From contig JBBRXX010000003.1 in assembly GCA_038238245.1 (NCBI GenBank), forward strand, positions 21,486 to 85,485: DNA of 64,000 nt, written 5' to 3'. The DNA comes from Acidimicrobiia bacterium (GTDB lineage: Bacteria; Actinomycetota; Acidimicrobiia; IMCC26256; PALSA-610). A program made the position numbers and the translations under genes. Each line of letters begins with the position of its first letter. Position 1 is the stretch's first letter. Shown one piece after another: positions 54,606-63,543 of this stretch. The notes under the pieces were generated by a model. The model saw only the letters and a program-made list of their open reading frames with translations. It ran no database searches and had not been told where the DNA came from.

Positions 54606-56510
54606 ATGCGTCTCGGCTTCGTGGAGCCACACCTGAGGCGCTTCGGCGGCATCCGGCGGATGATCGAGTTCGCGAATCGACTGACCGCACGCGGTCACGT
54701 CGTGACGTTCTACCTTCCCGACGACGTCGAACACCGGTGCACATGGATGCGCTGCGACGCGACAGTGAAGTCGATCCAGGAAGGCTTCCGCGACGAGCTC
54801 GACGTCGTGCTGTTCAACAGCGAGCCGCACTGGCATTTGCTGGATCGCTTCGAGGGGGCCCGGCGGCGCGTGTTCTACGCCCTGCACTACGCGCGTCTCT
54901 ACGGGAAGGAAGGGAGCTGGGAGAGCCTCCGCGCGCCGGTCGACCTGCAGCTCGCGAACAGCAACTGGACCGCCGACCAGATCTTTGCCGAGACGGGATC
55001 CCGCCCGGTGGTGCAGCTCGGCGGCGTCAACCGAGAGGTGTTCCATCCGTATCCGGGCGCCAAGAAGCTGACGCTGCTGACGAACGGTGAGCGCGGACGG
55101 TCGTGGAAGGGCACCGAGACCGTGCTCGATGCCGGCCGCCTCCTCGACATCCGCGTGGAGTCGTACGCAGGCAAGAACCTCGAGCAGCCGGAGCTCGGCC
55201 GCAGGTACGCGGCGGCACGCGTCTTCGCGGTCGGAAGCTGGTTCGAAGGGTTCTGTCAGCCCGGTCTGGAATCGCTCGCGTGCGGAACCGCGCTCGTCAC
55301 GACCGACAACGGTGGATGTCGCGAGTACGCGATCGACGGTGAGACCGCGCTCGTGGTGCCGCCGCGCGACGCGCCGGCGATGGCCGCGGCGATCCGCAAG
55401 CTGCTCGACGACGACGAGCTCTCGAAGCGACTCGTCGCGAACGGTCTCGACGTCGTCGCGCGCGACTTCGACTGGGAGCAGCGAACTGACGAGTTCGCGG
55501 CCGTGCTCGACGGCGTGTGCGCGAACCCGGCCGCGCCGGCATCCCCACCCCGACCGGACGTGTCCCGGGATCCCGAGGTCTCGGTCGTCGTGCCGGCATG
55601 GGACAACCTCCGGTACACGCAGCAATTCGTGGAGTCCGTGCGGCGGCACACTTCCGTCCCGTACGAGCTCGTCATCGTCGACAACGGCTCCCATTGGGAG
55701 GCGGCGAACTACGCGCGGGTCGCCGCCGACCGCGCGGTGCTCAACGACGCGAACCTCGGGTTCGCGCGAGGGATGAACCAGGGCTTCGCGGTGGCGCGCG
55801 GCCGGTACGTTGCCTTCTGCAACAACGACACGGTGTTGCCTCCCCGGTGGGCGGAGCAGCTGCTCGAGACCGCGCGATCCCATCCGCGTGCAGCGGTCGT
55901 CGTGCCGGCGATCACCGCCGCGCGCAATCCGGTGAACGTGCGGCAGACACCGGGCGACGAGGTCGAACTGCTCCCGCCGTTCTCCGCCCCACCGGCGGCG
56001 GTCGTGTACGTGATGCCCGCCGAGGTGCTGACCGAGCTCAGAGGTTGGGGAGAGGAGTACGAGATCGCGAGCGGCGAGGATGTCGATCTCTGTTTCAAGG
56101 CTTGGGTGAACGACCTCGACATCGTCTACGACCAGCGGGTGCTGGTGAAGCACGTCTCCAAGGTGTCGGCGTCGCAGCTCGACGACTGGAAGGGCTTGTG
56201 GGCGCGGAACCGGCAGCGATTCCTCGACAAGTGGACGGGCGACGCGTCCGTGCCCCGCATTGATTCGTGTGACCCCGCGCGTTTCGCCCGCAACCGTGAG
56301 ATCGCGCGCGCGGTCGCCGAATGGATGGCTCGCTACTTCGCCGTCCGCGATCGTGAGGATCGACGGATCCGCCGCCTGATCGCGCGCGACGGCCCGATTC
56401 AGGCGGCGCTGCTCGATCGCGCGCACCGCGGATGGCGGCGCGTCCGTCCGCACCTGCCGGCGCAGGTCGCACATCGCCTCGGCGCCTTCGCGCGCCGCGC
56501 CGAGCCTTGA
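54606..56510 (+). CDS. Bifunctional glycosyltransferase: N-terminal GT4 domain + C-terminal GT2 domain
   Basis: GT4 half (MRLGFVEPHLRRFGGIRR...FEGFCQPGLESLACGTALVTT); GT2 half (VSVVVPAWDNLRYTQQFVESV...VIVDNGS...DEDV). Confidence 0.8.
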   Translation: MRLGFVEPHLRRFGGIRRMIEFANRLTARGHVVTFYLPDDVEHRCTWMRCDATVKSIQEGFRDELDVVLFNSEPHWHLLDRFEGARRRVFYALHYARLYGKEGSWESLRAPVDLQLANSNWTADQIFAETGSRPVVQLGGVNREVFHPYPGAKKLTLLTNGERGRSWKGTETVLDAGRLLDIRVESYAGKNLEQPELGRRYAAARVFAVGSWFEGFCQPGLESLACGTALVTTDNGGCREYAIDGETALVVPPRDAPAMAAAIRKLLDDDELSKRLVANGLDVVARDFDWEQRTDEFAAVLDGVCANPAAPASPPRPDVSRDPEVSVVVPAWDNLRYTQQFVESVRRHTSVPYELVIVDNGSHWEAANYARVAADRAVLNDANLGFARGMNQGFAVARGRYVAFCNNDTVLPPRWAEQLLETARSHPRAAVVVPAITAARNPVNVRQTPGDEVELLPPFSAPPAAVVYVMPAEVLTELRGWGEEYEIASGEDVDLCFKAWVNDLDIVYDQRVLVKHVSKVSASQLDDWKGLWARNRQRFLDKWTGDASVPRIDSCDPARFARNREIARAVAEWMARYFAVRDREDRRIRRLIARDGPIQAALLDRAHRGWRRVRPHLPAQVAHRLGAFARRAEP

Positions 56511-58981
56511 CGGATCCCCTACCGAACCCCGTCGACGACGCCGAGCAAGCCGCCAGATGGCTTCGCGTCAGGGCATACATCGCGACGTTCGCGGTCGTCG
56601 AGCTCGGCGGCTTCGTGTTGTGTGTGCTGCTCGGAAGCCCGGCATGGTTCAACCGAGACGAGTGGGACTTCGTCGCCGGCCGCCGAGCCGGCAATCTGCG
56701 AGACCTGTTCCGCCCGCACAACGAGCACTGGACCACGCTGCCGATCCTCGTCTACCGGGCGCTCTTCGGACTGTTCGGCCTGCGGACGTACCTGCCGTAC
56801 CGCCTCGTGGTGCTGTTGCTCCACCTCGCGGCGGCTGCACTGCTGTTCGTCGTGATGCGGCGTGCCGGCGTCCGGCCGTGGATCGCGCCCGCCGCCGCCT
56901 CGCTGTTCGTGTTCTTCGGTGCGGGTTGGCAGAACATCATCCAGCCGTTTCAGATGTGCTTCACCGGCGCGTTGGCGCTCGGCCTCGCGCACCTGCTGCT
57001 CGCCGACCACGACGGAGGAATCAATCGACGGGACGCGCTCGGTCTGTTCGCCGGGCTCGCCGCGTTGATGACGTCCGGCGTGGGCGTGACGATGGTGGTC
57101 GTCGTCGGCCTCGCCGTGCTGTTGCGGCGCGGGTGGCGACCAGCGCTCTTGCACACCGCGCCGCTCGCCGCGTGCTTTCTCGTCTGGCTGTGGGCGATCG
57201 GCGGTGACAGCTACAGGAACGAGCATCCGTCGGTCGGCGACGTGTTTCGATTCGTTTCGACAGGGCTGCGTGCCGCCTACTCGGCGATGGGACGGTTGCC
57301 GGCGTCCGGCCTCGTCCTGGCGATCGTGCTGATCGTCGGGATCGCTCTGGCGTGGCGCCAGCGCGCGCGATCGCGCGAGCTTCGGGGACTGGCCGCACCG
57401 GTCGCCTTGCTGATGGGATCGGCGGTCTTTCTCGCGATCACATCGACCGGTCGCCTCGTCAACGGTCTCGAGACCGCACGCGCCTCACGCTACCTCTACC
57501 TCATCGCCGCGATGACGCTGCCCGCGCTCGCGGTCGCCGCAGACGCGTTGGTCAGGCGATGGCGAGTATTGGCCCCGGTTGCGATGGCCCTCTTCCTCAT
57601 CGGTGTGCCGAGCAATGTGCGCGCGCTCGTGAACTCGCAACACACGATGCGGCCGTTCTACGCCTCCACGCGGGAGATGTTCCTGGCACTGCCGCGCGAT
57701 CCGTTCGCGCGACAAGTCCCGCGGTCGCTCCGGCCCGAGAGAGTTGCGGCGAGCGAGGTCACGATTGGATGGCTGCTCGATCTCGTGGCGCACCACCGGA
57801 TCCCCGCGCCGCACCAGACGTCCACGAGAACGCTCGAATCGAATCGATTTCGGCTGTCGTTCGACCAGCAAGACGCGTCCGCACCGACGAGCCCGTGTCG
57901 CGCTTTGACCCATCCATTCACGGTCGCGCTGAGGAAGGGCGACATCATCGGTGTGCACGAGCATCCGTTGACGATCTCGCCGGCGGGGGGCTTGCGGCTT
58001 GTCGGTCCGCCGATCTCGTTCAGGCCCGGCGCGGATCTGGTGGTCGAGGCGCTTCGTGACACCGGTCCCGTACGCCTCGGTGCCGCGTCGGTCCTCGCAC
58101 CGCGCTTGTGCGGGACCCGGGTTGGCACGTCCCTCTCCAACTGCTGCACGCACGCTGAGCTGCACGCATACGCTCGTTTTCGGGGACGCCGCACTACCGT
58201 GACTCGAGTGTTGCGACTGACGGTTCGTCTTCGCGACGGTCCTGACGACGTGCGGGATTGCGCCCTGAGGTTGCGGCGCGCCGCACCACCTGAGATGCGC
58301 ATCGTGGCCGCGTTCGCGGAATCGAAGTCCGTCGAGGCGTACTTCGATGTCGGCGAAGGAGTCGAGCCGCACGCGATCGGGCTGCTCGCAGAGCGCCTCG
58401 GCTTCGACGACTACGAGCTGACGGGCGTCGAACCCGTGTCGGCGGATGTCAGTGGACGCGAGCCGGCGCTGGAAGTTGCGCCGTTGCGGTGTCACCGGCA
58501 CCCCGCCACGATCATGCAGATCGTCCTGCAGCCCGACGGCCGCACACTGCGCATCCAGGCTCGGCATCGACGCCACGAGACCATCCAAGGCGTCGACGTC
58601 GACGAGACCGACCGAGATGTGCGCGTCGACGTTCTCGTCGGTATTCCTCGGGCCGACCCGTACGCCGGCCGCGTTTCCTTCGCCCTCGACTTCAGCGTCG
58701 TGCGGATCCGTTTGGATCAGCCGCTCGGCGACCGTCAGGTCGTCGGGGGAGGCAAGGCGTTCTCGGTGCGGCGCGAGGGGGCCGTTGACGATCTCGCTCA
58801 TGCGTCCGCCGAGGAGGTGCTGGCGCGCCTCGAGCGCTACGCCGCGGCCGTTCGCGGATCGTCGCTCGAGCAGGGGGTGCCGGCCGGCGGCGGCGTCGGG
58901 GTCGCTCCCGCCGCGGTTGGCGACACCCGGCGGCCATGGTGGCGTCCACGCGCCTGGAGGCGACCGATCACGGTCCCGTAG
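56432..58981 (+). CDS. GT-C-fold-like polytopic membrane protein (putative polyprenyl-phosphate-sugar-dependent glycosyltransferase) with large C-terminal extracytoplasmic domain
   Basis: About 11 TM helices; conserved N-terminal DEWDFVAGRRAGNLRDLFRPHNEHWTTLPILVYR shared with the paralog at 61923..63539. Start uncertain (ATG 56432 overlaps the upstream gene by 79 nt). Confidence 0.55.
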   Translation: MAARPSAPAGAGRTSPRRLRAPRRALTDPLPNPVDDAEQAARWLRVRAYIATFAVVELGGFVLCVLLGSPAWFNRDEWDFVAGRRAGNLRDLFRPHNEHWTTLPILVYRALFGLFGLRTYLPYRLVVLLLHLAAAALLFVVMRRAGVRPWIAPAAASLFVFFGAGWQNIIQPFQMCFTGALALGLAHLLLADHDGGINRRDALGLFAGLAALMTSGVGVTMVVVVGLAVLLRRGWRPALLHTAPLAACFLVWLWAIGGDSYRNEHPSVGDVFRFVSTGLRAAYSAMGRLPASGLVLAIVLIVGIALAWRQRARSRELRGLAAPVALLMGSAVFLAITSTGRLVNGLETARASRYLYLIAAMTLPALAVAADALVRRWRVLAPVAMALFLIGVPSNVRALVNSQHTMRPFYASTREMFLALPRDPFARQVPRSLRPERVAASEVTIGWLLDLVAHHRIPAPHQTSTRTLESNRFRLSFDQQDASAPTSPCRALTHPFTVALRKGDIIGVHEHPLTISPAGGLRLVGPPISFRPGADLVVEALRDTGPVRLGAASVLAPRLCGTRVGTSLSNCCTHAELHAYARFRGRRTTVTRVLRLTVRLRDGPDDVRDCALRLRRAAPPEMRIVAAFAESKSVEAYFDVGEGVEPHAIGLLAERLGFDDYELTGVEPVSADVSGREPALEVAPLRCHRHPATIMQIVLQPDGRTLRIQARHRRHETIQGVDVDETDRDVRVDVLVGIPRADPYAGRVSFALDFSVVRIRLDQPLGDRQVVGGGKAFSVRREGAVDDLAHASAEEVLARLERYAAAVRGSSLEQGVPAGGGVGVAPAAVGDTRRPWWRPRAWRRPITVP

Positions 58982-60030
58982 ACGGCGGCCTCGCTCCGCG
59001 GCCGTCCGGCTTCGTGGGGTGCCGTCAGAACCGGCTGTGTGGCCCCCAGGGGCGCTCGGGCGCCATCCCGACACCGAGGGGCGGGCGGGACTTCACAGGA
59101 CGTGAGCGGTCGCCGGTCGCGCGAGTAGCGTGCTGCGTCTTGCAGGTTCCGCACTCCGAACACGCCGCCGAGATACTCGCCCAACGGGTCGCCGGCCGTT
59201 ACTCCGACCTCCTGCCCCGCCCCGAGCACAAATTCGACCTGCCGGCGGACCTTGTACAGGGCAAGCGCGTCCTGGTCACGGGTGCGGATGGCTTCCTCGG
59301 CCGCCGGATCGCCGAACGCCTCGATGCCGGCGGCGCGGAGACATACCTGACCGACCTCGAAGATCTCGACATCACCAACGGCGAGCTGGTGGATCAGACG
59401 ATGCGCCGGCTGCGGCCGGACCTCGTGATCCACCTCGCGGCCATGAAGCACGCGCCGGTCGGCGAGGTTCACCCACTCGAAACGACGCAGGTCAACGTGG
59501 TCGGCACGCACAACGTCATCGAAGCTGCGACGGTTGCCGGCGTACTTCCCGGCAACCTTGTCTTCGTGTCGACGTGCAAGGCCGCCGCGCCCGAGACGGT
59601 GTACGGGGCGACGAAGCTCTTGGGCGAGCGCATCACGCTGCGCGCCGGATACTCCGCGGTGCGGCTCGGCAACGTGCTCGGCTCGAGCGGCTCGGTGCTC
59701 GAGACCTGGGTCGCGCAACGTGAGAACGGCGACCCCCTGGCCGTGTCTCCGTGCCTGCGCTACTGGCTGACGCCGGACGAAGCCGTCGGTTTGAACCTGT
59801 CGGCGTTCTTCCTCGGCCCCGGTCTGTACTACCTCGACGCCGGTGTGCCCGAGCCGGTCGAGAATCTGGCGCGGCGCTTCGAGCCCGGCGTCGAGCTCGA
59901 GGAGATCCCACCCCGGCTCGGTGACCGGCTGGTGGAACGGTTCGTTTCCGACGGAGAGGTTTCCGTGCCGACCGCGATCTCATGCGTGCTGCGCATCCGG
60001 GAAGTGTGGGAAGCGACCGCAGAGGCGTAG
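58936..60030 (+). CDS. NDP-sugar dehydratase/epimerase, CapD (Polysacc_synt_2) family, soluble short form
   Basis: KRVLVTGADGFLG Rossmann motif and GATKLLGERIT...RLGNVLGSSGSV. Codon usage suggests the true start is near TTG 59140 rather than ATG 58936. Confidence 0.6.
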   Translation: MVASTRLEATDHGPVDGGLAPRPSGFVGCRQNRLCGPQGRSGAIPTPRGGRDFTGRERSPVARVACCVLQVPHSEHAAEILAQRVAGRYSDLLPRPEHKFDLPADLVQGKRVLVTGADGFLGRRIAERLDAGGAETYLTDLEDLDITNGELVDQTMRRLRPDLVIHLAAMKHAPVGEVHPLETTQVNVVGTHNVIEAATVAGVLPGNLVFVSTCKAAAPETVYGATKLLGERITLRAGYSAVRLGNVLGSSGSVLETWVAQRENGDPLAVSPCLRYWLTPDEAVGLNLSAFFLGPGLYYLDAGVPEPVENLARRFEPGVELEEIPPRLGDRLVERFVSDGEVSVPTAISCVLRIREVWEATAEA

Positions 60031-60181
60031 CCGTGCCGGGCCCCCATCGCTGGACACCGCTGCGGCATTGCGTCGAAAATGGCGGTTTGGGGGTTGGCTG
60101 CGTGGGGATCGGAAGCGGCATGGCTCGTTCGATCGAGGTTGCGATCCACGGGCGGCGCGGTCGGCCGCGGGCCGGATTCCG

Positions 60182-61213
60182 ATGACCGAGCCCGAGTTCT
60201 CCTTCGTCGTACCGATCCTCAACGAGCGCGAGACGCTCCCCGAGCTGTGCCGGCGCCTTGCGGCGGTCATGGACATGCTCCCGGGCTCCGCGGAAGTCGT
60301 GCTCGTCGACGACGGTTCGACCGACGGCTCGTACGAGCTGATGCTCGACGTGCGCCGGCGCGACCCCCGCATCAAGGCGCTGCGACTGTCGCGGAACTTC
60401 GGGCACCAGATGGCGCTCACCGCGGGACTCGACCACGCGCAGGGCCGCGCCGTCATCATCATGGACGGCGACCTCCAGGACCCGCCCGAGGTTGCGCTCG
60501 AGCTCGTAGCCAAATGGCAAGAGGGCTACGAGGTCGTGTACGCCGTGCGCGACCACCGCTCGGGCGAGTCGTGGCTCAAACGCAAGACCGCGACCGCGTT
60601 CTACCGTCTGATGAGCCGGCTCGGGGAGATCAAGATTCCTCAAGAGACCGGCGACTTCCGTCTGGTCGATCGCCGGGCAGTCGACGCGGTCACCGCGATG
60701 CGAGAACACCGCAGGTACCTGCGGGGCATGTTCGCCTGGGTCGGATATCGTCAAACGGGGGTCTCGTACGAACGCGATGCTCGCTACGCGGGCCAGACGA
60801 AGTTCTCGATCAAACGCATGATCGCGTTCGCGGTCGACGGAATCGTCTCGTTCTCCGAGGTGCCTCTCCGCCTCGCGTTGGCGGGAGGATTCGTCGTCTC
60901 GGTGCTGTCGTTCCTCCTCGGCGTCCTCGCCATCCTGCTCAAGATCGCGGGGATCTACACGGTTCCGGGCTGGGCGTCGATCGTGGTCGGCCTGGCGTTC
61001 TTCAGCGGTGTGCAGCTGAGCGTTCTCGGCGTGATGGGCATCTATGTCGCGCGCATCCACGAAGAGGTGAAACAGCGCCCGCTCTACCTCGTGCGGGACT
61101 CGGCCGGCTTCGCCTTCACGCGATCACGCGCTGACGAGTGGTCGGTCCACGAGCCTGACCTGGCGAACGACGGCGGCGACGAGCCGTTGACGCGTCGCGC
61201 GCCGTTTCGATGA
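60182..61213 (+). CDS. Polyprenyl-phosphate glycosyltransferase, GT2 family (GtrB/ArnC/dolichol-phosphate mannosyltransferase-like)
   Basis: FSFVVPILNERETLPEL, VVLVDDGSTDGS, IIMDGDLQDPPE, two C-terminal TM helices. ATG 60182; upstream 113 codons of track ORF rejected. Confidence 0.85.
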   Translation: MTEPEFSFVVPILNERETLPELCRRLAAVMDMLPGSAEVVLVDDGSTDGSYELMLDVRRRDPRIKALRLSRNFGHQMALTAGLDHAQGRAVIIMDGDLQDPPEVALELVAKWQEGYEVVYAVRDHRSGESWLKRKTATAFYRLMSRLGEIKIPQETGDFRLVDRRAVDAVTAMREHRRYLRGMFAWVGYRQTGVSYERDARYAGQTKFSIKRMIAFAVDGIVSFSEVPLRLALAGGFVVSVLSFLLGVLAILLKIAGIYTVPGWASIVVGLAFFSGVQLSVLGVMGIYVARIHEEVKQRPLYLVRDSAGFAFTRSRADEWSVHEPDLANDGGDEPLTRRAPFR

Positions 61214-61893
61214 GCCGTTTCGACTCGTACACCGATTCGTACGAAGCAGCGGTCGAGCAATCGATCGGATTCTCGGGGCAGAAGGTTTCCTATTTCGGGC
61301 GGCGAAAAGCGGTGCAGTTGCTCGACGTGTGCCGCCGATACGTCGGCAGTCCCGAGAAACTCTCCGTACTCGATGTCGGTTGCGGCATCGGCATCACCGA
61401 CGAGCATCTCGTCGGGCAAGTGCGAGAGCTGCACGGCGTCGATGTTTCTGCCGAGGCGGTCGAGCGCGCGGCGGCGCGCAATCCAGAGGCCCGCTATGGC
61501 GTCTGCTCGGAACACTCGCTGCCGTTCGATTCGGGGAGCTTCGACGTCGCGTTCGCGGTGTGCGTGATCCATCACCTCAGCCCCGAGAAGCGCGTCAATT
61601 TCGCCTGCGAGATGCGCCGGGTCGTGCGCCCGGGCGGGGTCGTCGTGCTCTTCGAACACAACCCGCTGAACCCGCTCACGCGGTTCGCCGTGAGCAGGTG
61701 CGAGTTCGATGACGACGCCATCCTGCTCGGTAGGCACGCGGCCGGCGAACTGCTGAAGAGTGCGGCGCTTCGTCCGGTCGAGCGTCGTTACGTCGTGTTC
61801 TTCACGCGGGGTGAAGCCCGTGTTCGTGCAGTCGAGCGGCTGCTGCGTGCCGTGCCGCTCGGCGCGCAGTACTACGTCGTCGGCGCTCGCTGA
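61210..61893 (+). CDS. Class I SAM-dependent methyltransferase
   Basis: VLDVGCGIGIT (motif I), FDVAFAVCVIHHL; ATG overlaps upstream stop (ATGA). Confidence 0.75.
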   Translation: MSRFDSYTDSYEAAVEQSIGFSGQKVSYFGRRKAVQLLDVCRRYVGSPEKLSVLDVGCGIGITDEHLVGQVRELHGVDVSAEAVERAAARNPEARYGVCSEHSLPFDSGSFDVAFAVCVIHHLSPEKRVNFACEMRRVVRPGGVVVLFEHNPLNPLTRFAVSRCEFDDDAILLGRHAAGELLKSAALRPVERRYVVFFTRGEARVRAVERLLRAVPLGAQYYVVGAR

Positions 61894-61922
61894 AGGAGTC
61901 GAGGCGCGCTGGATTCCGGGTA

Positions 61923-63539
61923 CTAGCCGCAGAGCGTCGCGCGAGGACTGGTGTTCGAGTTCACGGGCGCAATACGGAGTTGGAGCGGTCCGGCCAGTGC
62001 TATGAAGGTCGCGGGCGTGATGGGCATGGGCGCCGAAGGCGCGCGCCCTTGCGGCACATAGGTCACCGTAGCGTTCGCGTCTCGCAGCGTCAGACGCTGG
62101 TCCTTCTGGACGGTGCGCACCACTGGTCGGATGAGCGTCTCGCACGGTCCGGTCTGCGGCAGGTTCGAGGGAACGAGCGCGAGCGCGAGTGTTTCGTTCG
62201 AGATCGCGGCCGGCGGGCGCGCCGGTGGCTCCGGTATTCGGCCGGACGGCAGGCTGTCGATCAGCCACCCGAGGGTGAGACGGGGGGCGAGCGCGACCGA
62301 GCGGGGCAGCTGACGCGCAAGCGGCAATCGTGGCGCGGTCAAGATGTACGGGCGGCGCGCTTTCACGAAGGCGGAGCGGTTGATGTCGGCGTAGCTCGCG
62401 AGCTTGTCGATGTTGCCGGGAACGCCGACGAGCAGGAGCGCGACGACGACGATCGCCGCGCGGCGCCAGTGCCTGATCAGCGTGTCGGCGGCGAGCGTCA
62501 GGGCCGGCAGGACCATCGCGGCGACGATGTGGACGTACCGCGACGTGCGCGCGTGCTCCGGTCCGAATCCCTTGTACAACACGGCCAAGCCGTTCTCTGT
62601 GCCCGCGCGGTAGAGCGCGGTGATGGCCAGGAACGTGACTGCGCCGCCGAGCAACGCGACCGCCGCCGACGCACTCCCGCGCAGGACGCGCGGATTCTCG
62701 CGTACGCATACCGCGAGACCCACGATGAGGAGCACGGCGAGCGCGACCCCGACGCCCGGCAGCTGACCCATGCCGCGGAACACTGCGCGGAACCCGACCG
62801 CGATGAAGCGGATCATCTCGCCCGGCGAGTTGGCGTGGTAGTACGCGGGCGAGTCCTCCTTCGGTGCGGCGGCCCGCCACACGAGGTAGACGGCCGCGAG
62901 GGGCGCGGTGTGCAGGAGTGCGACGCGCCAACCGCGACGCAACAGGGTCGCGTAGCCGACGACGATGGCCATGGTCACCGCGACGCCCGAGCACATGAGG
63001 CCGGCGATTCCGGCGAGCAGGCCCAACCAGTCCCGCCGGTCGACCGGCCCGTCGTGATCCGCGAGCAGCAGGTGCGCGAGACCGAACACGAGCGCGAACA
63101 CGAACGTGATCTGAAATGCGACGAGAATGTTTTCGGCTCCCGCGCCGAAGAACACGAACAACGTCGCGGCGGCCGTTGAGAGCCACGGTCCGACCCCGGC
63201 GCGGCGCATCACAACCTGCAACAGGGCCGCAACCGTGAGGTGGCCGAGGATCACGAGCAGTTGGTACGGCGCTGCACTGTGAAGACCCGTCAACTGCCAC
63301 ATCAGCCGGTACGCGACGATGGGGATCGTGGTCCAGTGCTCGTAGTGCGCACGGAAGAGATCGCCGAGATTGCCGCCTGTGCGCGCCGCGAGGAAGTCCC
63401 AGTCGTCGAGCTGGAACCACGTGCCACGGTCCCACCACAACATGAGGGGCACGGCGACGAGCTCGATCGCTCCGAACACGAGCAGCGCCGCGTGGGCCTG
63501 CGACGCGGGTCGGTCGACCCGAGCTTCCGTCTTCTGCAC
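61923..63539 (-). CDS. GT-C-fold-like polytopic membrane protein, paralog of 56432..58981
   Basis: DDWDFLAARTGGNLGDLFRAHYEHWTTIPIVAYR and colinear TM topology with the paralog. Confidence 0.6.
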   Translation of the reverse strand: MQKTEARVDRPASQAHAALLVFGAIELVAVPLMLWWDRGTWFQLDDWDFLAARTGGNLGDLFRAHYEHWTTIPIVAYRLMWQLTGLHSAAPYQLLVILGHLTVAALLQVVMRRAGVGPWLSTAAATLFVFFGAGAENILVAFQITFVFALVFGLAHLLLADHDGPVDRRDWLGLLAGIAGLMCSGVAVTMAIVVGYATLLRRGWRVALLHTAPLAAVYLVWRAAAPKEDSPAYYHANSPGEMIRFIAVGFRAVFRGMGQLPGVGVALAVLLIVGLAVCVRENPRVLRGSASAAVALLGGAVTFLAITALYRAGTENGLAVLYKGFGPEHARTSRYVHIVAAMVLPALTLAADTLIRHWRRAAIVVVALLLVGVPGNIDKLASYADINRSAFVKARRPYILTAPRLPLARQLPRSVALAPRLTLGWLIDSLPSGRIPEPPARPPAAISNETLALALVPSNLPQTGPCETLIRPVVRTVQKDQRLTLRDANATVTYVPQGRAPSAPMPITPATFIALAGPLQLRIAPVNSNTSPRATLCG

Positions 63540-63543
63540 GGGT

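Noticed and set aside
59843-60181. N-terminal 113 codons of track ORF 59843..61213 upstream of MTEPEF
   Set aside because: Arg/Cys-rich with no GT2 homology; the GT2 N-terminus MTEPEFSFVVPILNE begins at ATG 60182.
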